From: Neocallimastix sp. 'constans'
Lineage: Eukaryota
NCBI GenBank assembly: GCA_050613775.1
Contig: JBODTK010000112.1
Location: 496,001-539,788, forward strand
Length of the DNA: 43,788 bases
Reading direction: 5' to 3'
Under the pieces are notes generated by a model. The model was not told where the DNA came from, did not search any database, and worked only from the letters and a program-made list of their open reading frames with translations. Below are positions 15,761-32,627 of this stretch, piece after piece. A program made the position numbers and the translations under genes. Position 1 is the first letter of the stretch, and each line of letters opens with the position of its first letter.

Positions 15761-16448
15761 AATTAAAATTTATTTCTCGTTTTAATATTATTCTTATTAA
15801 TTATTCTTATTTTTTTATTCTAATTAATTATTTTATTTTATTTATAATTGTTATATTAAATAAATTTTTTTTTTTTTTTTTTTTTAATAAATTTTATAAT
15901 TATATAACTACTTATAATTTAGTGGTGAATTCCTTCTTCATGATATGGCTACTTTAATGCTCCTAGTTATTAGTTTCTTGAATAATTATCTTCGTATGGG
16001 TGCTGTTGTTCTTTTCCTTCATGATATATCAGATATCTTTTCATATGGTTGTAAGATTTTTGTTGATACAGTATATCTTAAAACTACTTTATTCTTCTAT
16101 GTTAGTTTAGTTCTTTCATGGTTCTGGACTCGTTTATACGTTTTCCCATTCCAAGTTATTCTTCAATGTTTCACTAACAATATTTGGGCTCGTCCAGAAC
16201 TTGTTGGTTATATGATTATTGCTATTTGTTTAGTTACTCTTCTTTGTCTTCACGTTTATTGGATTGTTCTTATCTTAGGTATTGGAGTTAAATTCCTACG
16301 TACTGGTGAAGCTGATGATATGCAAGACGCTGAAAAATCTGAAGATTTCACAAAATCTAAACTATCTGATAAAAGAACAGTAAATCTTGACGCAGAATTC
16401 TCATCATCTAATGATACTCTTCCAGAAAAAATTAATAAACAAGATTAA
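14263..16448 (+). CDS. TLC-domain (Lag1/Lac1-like) protein, paralog 3; exons 14263-14472, 14856-15020, 15298-15551, 15923-16448 (~384 aa)
   Basis: Same exon structure (210/165/254 nt plus last exon), continuous frame and the same Lag1p-like motif. Confidence 0.9.
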
Positions 16449-16484
<36 letters not shown>

Positions 16485-16586
16485 AAATTTAAAAAAAAAA
16501 TAAAATAAAAAATAATAATATTTAAAATATTTTAATAAAATAAAATAGATTAAAATAAAATAATAAAAAAAAATAAAAAAAATAAA

Positions 16587-16630
16587 AAACTAAACTAAAC
16601 TAAACTAAACTAAACTAAACTAAACTAAAC
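16587..16630. repeat. (TAAAC)n pentanucleotide repeat
   Basis: About 8-9 perfect copies downstream of paralog 3. Confidence 0.95.
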
Positions 16631-17030
16631 TTAAAAAGGAAAAATAAAAATAAAAAATAAAAATAAAAATTATTATCTTTCCTAATAATTTAATTAAATA
16701 ATAATAAAATAATTAATAATTATTCATTCAATTAATTTTTATTTTTAATATAAAATTAAAATTTTTTTTTTTTTTAATTATTTGAAATGAAAAAAGAAAA
16801 CAAAAAAAAATTATATATATATTAAGAGTCAGGAATTTATGGTTTATAATTATGTCAATTTTATTAATTTATAGATAAAGAGTTAACTAGCATTTAATCA
16901 TTCAAAATTAAATACGTTTATATTAATACATTGTGGCTTATACATTATTTATATTACAATATGTTTCAATAAATTTGAAGCTTATTTTTATATAAATTAA
17001 TAAAGTTTTGGAAGTGTATTCTCTTCCCTA

Positions 17031-17061
<31 letters not shown>

Positions 17062-17204
17062 TGAAGCTTATTTTTCATTATATTTCACATATTCTAACAT
17101 TTCCCCTTAAACCTAGTAATTCTGTAATGAATAAATTGGCTTACTGATGAATATGTGTATATAAAATTATCCTTATTTTTTATATATTTCACCTATTCTA
17201 GTAA

Positions 17205-17251
<47 letters not shown>

Positions 17252-17715
17252 CAAAAATGGAAATGGTAATAATAAACTTTTAATCTCTAATGATTAGAAA
17301 TAAATAGATATCAAATTCTAAAAAAAAATTTTTTTTTCTTGATTTATTAAATTTTAAATTGTTTTTATTGTAATTATTATTATTATTATTATTATTGTTA
17401 GCTTTATTAAATTTAGATCTATAATAATATTCCTTATGGAATATGGTATACAAGGGAAATAAGTGTATGATCTATCTTTCGGCTTTAAATAAGTAATAAA
17501 GTCACATGTTACTACATGCGTTTTCCATAACATAAAATAAATTAAATATTAATTAAATAAATATTAAAAGATAATTAACATAGATTTATACAAGACGATA
17601 GATCATAATACATTTAAGTAATCATTAAATATAAATAAATAAATACACATAAATATAAATAAATACTATAAATAAATAAATTAAATATATAGTTAAATTA
17701 TGAGTGCAGTCAACA

Positions 17716-17757
<42 letters not shown>

Positions 17758-18180
17758 GTTAATTATTATCATTTTTATTTAATTAAATTTTTTATTTATT
17801 TATTTATTCTATTCTATTTTATTTTTTTTTTTAAATTAATTTAAAATAATTTTATTTATTTATTAAGCAATATATTATTTGGTACGAGCTTGGCACGAAT
17901 TTTTTTTTTTTTTTTTTTCAAATAAATTAATTTAAAATAAATTTATTTATTTATTCATTTATTTATTTATATAGTAATTATTTGGTATGAGTTGGTACAA
18001 AATATATATATTTTTTAAAAATGGTAATAATAATAATAAACTTTTAAACTTTGATGATTAGATATCAAAAGTTGTCAAATTTTAAAAAAAAAAAAAATTT
18101 TTTTTTTTGATCTATTACAATTTTAAAATGCTTTTTCCTTTTATTCCAATAAAATTTATAAAAATAATTTATTTATATAA

Positions 18181-18218
<38 letters not shown>

Positions 18219-18433
18219 GATGATGATAATGATGATGATGACAAATTATGATTATTTAATTTTTTATTCATTTTTCTTTTATATATATATATATATATCA
18301 AAATGTAATTATTAATATATATATATATATATACTTTCTATATTTATTTCGATTTTATTATACTTTCTAATAAAATTCTATTAACAATATATTACCATCA
18401 CTCTCGAACTATATATAATTAAGTATTACAAAA

Positions 18434-18480
<47 letters not shown>

Positions 18481-18985
18481 AAAACAATTATTTAGAAAAA
18501 ATAGGATTTAAAAATTAAAATTTATTTAGAGATTTTAAAAGTTTTAAAATTATTTAATAAATTACAATAAAAATAGGAAAGATGTTTTAAACTAACAAAA
18601 AATTTTAAAAATCAAATAAAATATTATTATTATTATTATTATTATTATTTTTTTTTTTTTTTAAATAAAACTGAATTTTTATTTTTATTATTATTAGTAT
18701 TGTTATGAAAAAATAAATATTAAAAGTAACATGTTAAATGAATTTTAAATTTATTATGAAACATATTAACGTTTGAAAAAAGATACAAAATATACTAAAA
18801 TTTTTTTAAAAGATGATAATATTTATAATAATAATAAAAATAATAGAGTAATAATAATATTAATAATCATTATTATTATTAATAAAAAATAAAAAATAAA
18901 AATAAATAAAAAATAAATATAAAAATATTAAAAATGAAAATTAAAAAAAAAAAAAATTAATGATATTTTTTTTTTTTTTAATATC

Positions 18986-20677
18986 TTATAATTTGCTTTT
19001 TAATAATTCGGTGTAGGCACGATAGAAGGTAGTTTTTCCACTAAGACTTTCTAAAGTTATTGGTGTATTAGCACCAATAAAGTATATAGATCCTTTACGT
19101 GCACTGAAACATTTTCCATTACACATAATAAGACCATTTCCTTCTGTTACTAATATAATACTTGGACCTCTGAAACCTCTGAAAGATTCCATTCTTTTAG
19201 ACGATGAAGATAAAGTTGTACATAAAATTGAGAATTCTTCAATTGGTGGGTTATATAAAGTAGTGGTACGAGAATTCATATAAGGAACACCTCTAACAAT
19301 TTGATTATCAGCAGATTTACAATTATAAGTTAACATATTAACCAAAGTGTTAACATCCTTAAATTTTGGCGTTAAACCTGCACGAACAACATTATCACTT
19401 GTTGCCATACATTCAATACAATCACCAGATATATAGGCATGAGGTTCATCAGCAGCTAGATATATTCCTTCACCTGGCTTTAAAAATACATAATTTAATA
19501 ACAAAATAGAAAATACACCAATATCACCTGGATATTGTGCTTCAATTCTTTTTAAGACTTCATTTAAACTTCCTTTAGCTGGATTTGGATCTTCTTTAGA
19601 TATTCTTTGAATTAACTTGGAAAGTTGTTCCTTGACAACTTTTTGATCTTGTTCCATTAAGGAACCGTAAAGTCTCTTTAAAGCATATTTACATTTTTCA
19701 TGATATCTTGAACTGAATAAATTTTCATCTATAGTTGAATTAAATTGATTAACAATATCTTCACCAATTACTTTAACAATTTCTGGGTATTCTTTTAAAC
19801 ATTTCTTAATATCTTGGAGAGGTCTAAAACCACAAAGAGCTTCAAATGGTGTTAATGCAATAGCCATTTCTGGTTTATGATTACTATCTTTTTTTTTTTT
19901 TTTTTTTTTTCGTTTTATATATATATATATGTATATTTTTTATTTATATTTTTATCATTATAAATAAATATATTTATATATGTACATTATTATTATTATT
20001 TTTTTTTTGTAATAAATAAAAATTATTATATAATATTTAAATTTAAAAAAAATCAGTATAAAATATAATAGATAATTATTTATATAAATCTAAAATATGG
20101 TAAAAACAAAAACAAAACAAAAAAAAAAAAAAATAATTATACCTTTATAAATATTTGGATATTTTCTGAATAAATGTTCTGCTAATTTTTTATCTGGATG
20201 AGCTTGAATTGATAAAGCTTTTTGAATTGAAAGAACTTTAAATAAGAAAGGTAAGTCTCCATTATATTTTGCAGCAATATTAGGTGTAAGTAATTCTGGG
20301 TTAGCTAAAACAACATCTTTTAAATTTTCACCAGTACTCATCTTAATAGAAGGAGCATTTGGATGAGTTCCCATCCATAACTAATTTATATAGACATATA
20401 TTAGTTTTATTATGAAATTTTTTTTTATAATTTTTTTTCAAAAAAGTAGTTTAAATATAATATATATTAAATAAATTAAATAATATATATTTAAATAGAA
20501 ATTAAAAAGTCAAAAAAAAAAAAAAAAAAAAAATACCTCAGCATAATTTTTATTAGAATCAATAGAAATATTACGATATGTATTAGAAACTAATTCTGCA
20601 ACTTTACTTTGAGATCCAATTTTTCCCCATGCATAGTTTTGGGCTCTTGGAACGATTTGAAATACTCTTTCTGTCAT
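18986..20677 (-). CDS. PMI40: Mannose-6-phosphate isomerase, type I; exons 20677-20537, 20380-20143, 19887-18986 (~426 aa)
   Basis: Spliced translation contains [80 protein letters not shown], all type I PMI signatures. Confidence 0.96.
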
Positions 20678-21726
20678 TATTTACACTTTATATTTAAATT
20701 TTTTATTATTATTTTTTATAAAAAACGTATATAAATAAAAGTTATAAATTAATTATATAGAATTTTTACATTTTTATTTTTATTTTTATTTTATTTTTTT
20801 ATTTTTATTTTTTTTTTGGAATTAAAAAGGTATAATACATAAATAAAAACATAATTATATTGGTTAATTTAATATATTTCAATTTTATTATTTTAAATTT
20901 TTAAATTCGTTTTTTTAAATTATTACATATATATAATAAAATTTTACTTAATTTCAATTACAAAATACTATATAATATAAAAATTTAAATTTTCTTATAT
21001 TACTGATGTGTATTTTTTCTTTTAATTAAAATATTTTAATAATCTTCTTAAAATACTTTCAATTCAAAATAAAACATTTAAATTATATTCAATTTCACTT
21101 ACAAATTTATATATAATTCAAAAACCTCTATTAATATAAATTAATGTATATTATATATATCAACTTTTATTTAACTTAAAATTTGATATTGTAAAATTTT
21201 TAAAAATAAAAAAAAAATTTTTAAACTTTGCAAAAAAAAACTTCTGATTTAACAAATGAAAAGAATTTCATTATTTAATTTTTTTTTTTTTATTTTTTTT
21301 TTTTTTTAATTAAATTTAATCATAGATGATGATATATTTATTAAAATCATATAATGGAATTTATTATAAATATAATAGATCAATTTAGTTATCATTGTAT
21401 TAATTAAATGATAATGAATTTTAATATATTTTTTAATATATTATGATCGTTTATCAAAAATACTTAAACTATCTATTTAAATGTTCATAATGGATTATAA
21501 AAATTTAGTCAATTAAAATATTAGTTGATATATAATATAATATATTTTAAAATTATATTTTTAAAAATTTTTTTTTAAGATTTAATAACTTGGTGAAAAG
21601 TTATAATAGTAAAAGTTCTTATTATAATTCGATTATTTCCCGATTTAATTAAAGTTTAATATATTCAGTTTTATAATTTACAGAAAATGGAAATAAAAAT
21701 TTTATTAAATTATTAAATAATATTAA

Positions 21727-22130
<404 letters not shown>

Positions 22131-22917
22131 CAATAGAAATCCTTATAAAATAATAATAATAAATTATAATAATAAATAATAATAATAAATAAATAATAAA
22201 TAATAAATCATAAATAATAATAATTTTTTAATAATATAAAAATTTTAATAGTATAAAATTTTAAAAAAAAAAAAAAATAAAAAAAAACTAATAAATATAT
22301 AATAGAGATATATATACTGTTTTTTTTTTGTTGTTAATTTTTTATAGTTTAATTAAATTTATAAATAAAGCCTAAAAATTTTTTTATCATAGAATTATCT
22401 ATACTTTTTATTTCTCATAAATAATTTTTGTAATAATAAGATTATTAGATAAGTGATAACAGAATGAAATATTCTTATTTTATTGAAGATGTAAAAAGTA
22501 TTATTTATAATAATAATAACAAAGAAATTATTAATTAGATAAATATACGATATTTTAAAAATATAACATAAATATACATAATATATTATATAAAAAATAA
22601 TATGCATTAACAATAATTTATAAAAATTTATAATGCTTTTAATTTTTGATAAACTATAATAAATAATAATTAATTAATAAGGATTGTTCAAATAATAGTA
22701 CCAATAATAAAAAGGATAAAAAGGATAAAAAGAATAAAGATTATCATAGAGTATGGCATTTTAAAATTTATCTTATAAATAAATATACATAAATTTCATA
22801 TATAAATGAAAATTATATACCTAAAATAATGATAATAAATATATATATATTTTTATAATAAGAATGTATTTTATATTTACTGATTAAATTTAAAATTTAA
22901 ATAATTAAAACATTAAT

Positions 22918-22948
<31 letters not shown>

Positions 22949-23155
22949 TTTAGAATTTAATAGAATTTTAACATTATACTTTTTAATTATTATATTTTTT
23001 AATTGATAATTATATATAACTTTATTTCATGCATTATATTTAAAAAGAGAGAAAAAAATATTGCCAATAGGCCATATTTTTTATTATCTTAATTTATATT
23101 CATTTATTTATATAATTCATTTTAAATATAATTTTCATTATTTTTATAACATACA

Positions 23156-23227
<72 letters not shown>

Positions 23228-23747
23228 CAATAATTTATAATTTTTATGTAAATTAAATAAACATAAAAAATATGGAAAACTATTATTGCTTTTACTACTT
23301 TATATCTAAATATCACCTTTAGGGAAATTGCTTTATAAATAGAAAATTTTTTATTCAAAGAAAATTGTTTTAATAAAGTATTTACTATTTATTAATACTA
23401 CATTAAATAATATTAATCGTTACAATGGAGAAGAACAAAAAATTAAATATATATATTTGGTTTAATGATGATGAGATTGAGACAAGAAATGAAATTTATA
23501 ATAAAAAAAAAAAAAAAAACCTTTTTTTTTTTTTTTTATTAAGATTTTATTACACTATGTTTTAATAATTTAAATGAAGATTTGTTCATTTTGATTATGA
23601 ACGAAATGTATTGATAACTTAATAATTAAATTAATAAAAATGAATTCATTAACTTTCAAATTTACTGCGGATTAATAAACTTTAAATTTTAATAAAATAT
23701 TAAAATAATTTAGAAAAATGATATTGTTTAAGAAGATATAATTTATA

Positions 23748-23807
<60 letters not shown>

Positions 23808-23822
23808 AAAAACCCATAAATT

Positions 23823-24030
23823 ATTGATATGATTGTAATCAATATTGAACTAAAATTAAAAGATTATAATTAAATTCAACTCATATATTCAATAATAAAA
23901 ATAGTAATAATAATAATAAACAAACAAACAAAAAAAAAAAAAAAAAAAAAAGAAAAGAAAAAATTGATATGATTTTAATCAATATTGAACTAAAATTAAA
24001 AGATTATAATTAAATTCAACTCATATATTC

Positions 24031-24099
<69 letters not shown>

Positions 24100-24146
24100 C
24101 AAAAAAAAAAAAAAAAAAAAAAAAAAAGAAAAGAAAAAATTGATAA
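23823..24146. repeat. Tandem duplication, ~140 bp unit (two copies plus start of a third)
   Basis: attgatatgatt(g/t)taatcaatattgaactaaaattaaaagattataattaaattcaactcatatattcaataataa at 23823 and 23963, each followed by an AAT/poly-A tail ending agaaaagaaaaaattgat. Confidence 0.9.
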
Positions 24147-24494
24147 AATAATATTCAATATACTTAATATTATAGACTAGATATATATAATTTTTTTTTT
24201 CCATATAAAATATATATATATATTTTACTAAGGAATGCTTTATCTTCATTAATTTTATTTTATTTAATTTATTTCAATTTTAATATAATATGCAAGTTTT
24301 TAAATATATTTTTTAATTGATGTATCAGTAATAAGATAAATAGAAAGAAAATTCAATTAATTTAAATTGATAAAAATAATCTGTTTTTATTCAATTAAAA
24401 TCTATTTTATATACATTATATATATATATATTTAAAAAATAATTTGTTAGATATCATAAAAAAAAAAAAAAAATTTATATTATTATTATTATTA

Positions 24495-25556
24495 TTATTT
24501 AATAATTACCATCCATGCGATAATGAAATAAAATAAAAATATTGGATAGATTACTAAAGTTTTCTTTTGACTTAAACGAACATCTGTTAAGAAACCAATT
24601 GAAGCTATAATATTTTTAATTATATATTGTATGTTAAATATATTTATATGAAATAATTAAAGATAAAATAATATGCACTATTGTCAATAGTTACCATAAA
24701 CTGACCATACAAATGCAACGATAACTAATATCAAATCTATTATGAAATAGTCAATTATTATTGTAATTAGTGAGACAATAGTTAATGGGAATATACAATA
24801 ACCAAGAATACATATACTTTGGAAGAATGACCTAAATTCCAAAATTTTAATTAAATATCTTAATAACATTGAAAATTTTAAATTATTATATTTATTTTTA
24901 TTATTTTTTTATTTTAATTTACATTTTTCCTCCAAGCAATTTTGAATTAACAGTAATAACTGCAGCACCACACCAAATAATAATAAATGTTATCGTAAAT
25001 ACCATTGCAGATTGATTTTCTGGTGCTGAAAAACTCAAACGACTGTAATAATATAATAAATTAAAAATATTAAAATATTATTAAAAATTGAATCAGAATA
25101 AGAATTTATTATTAAAGGAAATTCAGTTTATTTATTTAATTATATTTAATGGCACATACATGGCTAACGTCATACATAATATTAAAGGCCCCCAAAGATC
25201 CCCTTAAATGTTTTAAATTTTTAATATATTTATGTATATATATATATAATGTTTGAGTATTCATTGAATTCATTAAAATATTTATTTTATTCATAATAAA
25301 TATAAAAAATATTTACAATCTTTTAATAAGTTTTGATTTCCAGTTGGCATTAACACTTGTTTCATTTTTGCCCATACATTATTTAAATCTCTTAACTGTA
25401 ATAAAGAAATTTAAATATATATATATATAACATATAATAAAAATTTAATAATTTAAATAATATTTATATTATTTATATATATATATATAATTGAATTTTA
25501 TAAATTTACCAAAGTATCTAAAACAGGTTCATCAAGAGTATCTTGAATGTCTTTTC

Positions 25557-25602
<46 letters not shown>

Positions 25603-25764
25603 TGATGATGAAGCATTAGTAGAATTCATATTTCCACTAACACTATTTATATTTATTGTGTAATCCATTCCTTGTGATGAGGATGGGGTATCAAACATAT
25701 TAGTATTGATATTTGTATCAAAATTATCAAGATTTTCTAAAGAATTGTATTTACTAGACGACAT
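24495..25764 (-). CDS. Yip1-domain Golgi/ER membrane protein (YIPF6/Yip4-like); exons 25764-25510, 25395-25317, 25202-25160, 25042-24923, 24831-24695, 24604-24495 (~247 aa)
   Basis: Spliced frame gives TLDEPVLDTLLRDL, DWDLWGPLILC, VNSKLLGGKMSFFQSICILGYCIFPL, LVIYPIFLFYF, which are characteristic of the Yip1/YIPF6 family. Confidence 0.9.
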
Positions 25765-27160
25765 TTTTAAACTTATATATGTATTTAAAAATAATGATTT
25801 TTTTTATTATCTTATATTTGGCAATATTATTTTTATATAATTTTTGTTAATTATTAAGTATGAATATATATATTTATATATATATAAATAATTGTTAAAT
25901 TTTATAATTCTCAATTAATATCAATTAATATTAAATTATATATATATTATTACAATATTTATATTAAATTTTCTCTCTCTTTTTTTTTTTTTTTTTTTTT
26001 AGTAAGAAATGCTTATTATAATAGATTGAAAAATTTCTTTAATATTCGAACAATTTAATTTTCTTTACTTATGACCAACTTAATAAATTTTTGTTTATAA
26101 TAAATTTTCTATTAAATTATATTAAAGTTTTTATATATGCCTATTATCTATTAATATAGAAAAAAAAAGTTATACACTATTAATGAAAGTTTTTATATTT
26201 TTAAATGAAATAGAAAATTAAAAATAAAATGATTTTAGTATTTACTTTATTATAATAATTTTAAATATTTATATAATTGAAATTTACTTTGCTTTTTGTC
26301 TTTTCACTTCTTTTTTTTTTTTTTTGTTTTTCTTTTTTTTTTTGTTTTTCTTATTACTTATCACTTTATAATGATTGTTTATTTATACGTTATTAATAAA
26401 AAAAATAAGAAATAAAAAAATGTTCTATACAATTTGTATTATTCTTGTTTTTTATTAATATTTTTATTTATTTTCAAATATTTTGAAAGATTTTTAAAGA
26501 GAAAAATTTGATATTGTATTAAATTAATAAAAAATTTATATATTACAATAAATATAATATATACTTATAATATATATTTAATATGACTATAAATTAGTTT
26601 ATTTAATATTTTAATATTTATAAAATAATTTAAGTACATTTTAAAAATAATAAAATTTAGAATATATTTGACTTTTTATTAAATGGAATAAAATATTTTA
26701 AGTATTATTGAAAATTGTTATGGAATATATATAAAAATTAATAGAGAAATACAAAGATAAATTGTAACTAATAATAAATTCAAAATTTATAAAATTAAGT
26801 TGGCAAGAAGAAGGAAATAAATTATATTTCGTAAAAAGAGGCATATTATTAATTTTTTTTTTATTCATTTAATTTTGCTAAATCTATTTTTATTATTATA
26901 ATTTAATATTAATTTAATTTAGTTATATGAATATATTGAATTTTTTCATTAATTTCATAAATATAAGTTTTATCGGATTAATACCAAAGTTATTTTCTTA
27001 AAGTGCTTAAATTAATTAAATTTTATTATTAATATATTAATATATTAATATTATTAAAACAAAAAAAACTACAAAAAAAAAAAATTTTTTTTTTCATTAA
27101 ATTTGGAAATCATATTAAAGCATTTCTTATTTTTAAAAATATAACATCCTCGGTACATAA

Positions 27161-27207
<47 letters not shown>

Positions 27208-27814
27208 ATATATATATATATATTAATAAATAAATAAATAAATAAACAATAATAATAATAATAAGAAAAATAAAAATAAAAATAAAAAATAAAAATAATA
27301 ATAAATTTTTAATAATAAAAATAATAATAAAAATTTTAATGATAAAAGTAATAATATATATATTATTTTTTAATTAATAATTTATATTAATTTATTATCC
27401 CTCAATGCCTACTCAAGCTATATGTATATATTACAATGAATTACTAAGTAGTATAGTTACTCTACTAAATATTAATCGTAAAAATGAATATTTAGATAAA
27501 AAATAATGAATCCAAATTACAAAGGAATGAATAATTCCGAAATTTTAAACACGCCTATTTAATCATCAACAATTAAAGAAACAGAAGTATATTAATATAT
27601 CTATATATATATATATTATTTTTATTTTTGTTTATTTTTTTTTTGTTTTAAAAATGAAAAATAATAATAAAAAAAAATTAGAAAATGAAAATTAAATATT
27701 TTATTATGTTAATGGTATTGACATATTAAAGAATCAGAAAAAAAAAAAATAGATTTCTTCATTTTAAACCAGTTACCCATGATTTTATTAGTGCAATAAT
27801 AATAATAATAATAA

Positions 27815-27914
<100 letters not shown>

Positions 27915-28046
27915 AATAATAATATTTTTTTTTTTTTTAGACTAAAAGAAAACTTTATTAAAATTATAATAATAATAAAATTACATGATTTAAATGAAAA
28001 ATAAAAAATAAAATACATGAAATGAAATATTATATATTATATAATT

Positions 28047-28433
28047 AAAAAAGTGCGTTAGAAGCAATAATAATAGCTTCTAACTTTTCCAACAGCACGT
28101 CTATTATTGTAAGTAACAATTTCAGTATTAGTGTTATCAACCGAATCTGTATCAGATCTTTCACCGGGAGGAGGTGAAAATCCGTGCCTTATCATTTCGA
28201 CGTCGACGCTCTTAGCAACGGTAGATTCAACGGAATACCATTTTATCATCAATCTAAAAGATTGACAAATTAATTGTATTACGTTTGTTAGAAACTCTGC
28301 AATCCCTACAAAATACGGAACAGTCGACGAAGTTGAACTTTGTTTAAAAATATTGTCAACTAACTGTCTTTGCTCCACATCATTAAATTTAATTTTCTTT
28401 ATATATTGAACGTCCGCCAAGAAAAGCACTCTC
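28047..28433 (-). ncRNA. Candidate structured non-coding RNA (~385 nt) of unknown family
   Basis: GC-elevated island. The 5' and 3' ends pair on the minus strand with G-U wobbles, there are several perfect hairpins and a crossing helix pair, and it ends in a T6 run. No known-family signature recognised. Confidence 0.5.
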
Positions 28434-28641
28434 TTTTATTTAATTTATTATAATCAATTTATTATAGTCAATTTACTTTATTCTTATTTCTTTTTTTTTT
28501 TTTTTATAATTTTTCATTTACTTATATTTATTTATTTATTTATATTTATTGTTACTTTAATATAATAAATACATAAATAATATATAAATAATATATAAAT
28601 ATAATTTTTGATGTAATTGATATTAATAATATACAACAACA

Positions 28642-28675
<34 letters not shown>

Positions 28676-28679
28676 ATAC

Positions 28680-28728
<49 letters not shown>

Positions 28729-28755
28729 GGATTCAGTCAAAATATCATATTCATT

Positions 28756-31967
<3,212 letters not shown>

Positions 31968-32627
31968 GCCTATTTTATTATATTTAAAATGAACATAAAT
32001 TTTTAATGACTTTTTATTATATTATAATTTTTTATTTAAATTTTTAAATGTGATTTTTTTTGGTATACTATTTTAAAAGATAAATATTTTTAAATTTATT
32101 TTAAATTATTTAATACAAAACAAATGTACATAAGGTTAATAAAAATAAAAAAAAAAAAAGAGAAAAAGACAAATGATAAATATTAATATTAAAATTATTA
32201 AACACACAAAAAAATAATTAAAGAATTTAAATAATAAAAAGAAATTACAATAATTATTTTTAATGATATATATATATTTTTATTAAATAGTTCTAGATTT
32301 AATTATATTTTATTATAAAATTTCAATATTTATTATAGTCATATGAATTTATTTATAATTTCTATGAAGAAATTTGAAAATTAATTTCGATTGGATTCAA
32401 TATTACTATAAAAAAAAATGAAGAAAAATTCTTATTTCTTTTCTCTTTATTCCAATCAATATATATATATATTAATAATTATAATAAAGAGAATAAAATG
32501 ATCTATTTTAATCTTTTCAAAGTAAAATTGTCTAACATTAATAAATAAATTAAAAATTGGTTTATTTTAATGATGACCTTATATATAATCTCTATACTAT
32601 TTCTATACTATTTAGTTAATAATTTAT

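Noticed and set aside
28058..28429. 123-codon minus-strand ORF as a host protein gene
   Set aside because: GTG start, uses GCG/TCG/CCG/GGG codons that are rare in the real genes here, has no recognisable domain, and its limits coincide with the RNA terminal helix. Not fully excluded, since so long an open frame is uncommon at this AT content.
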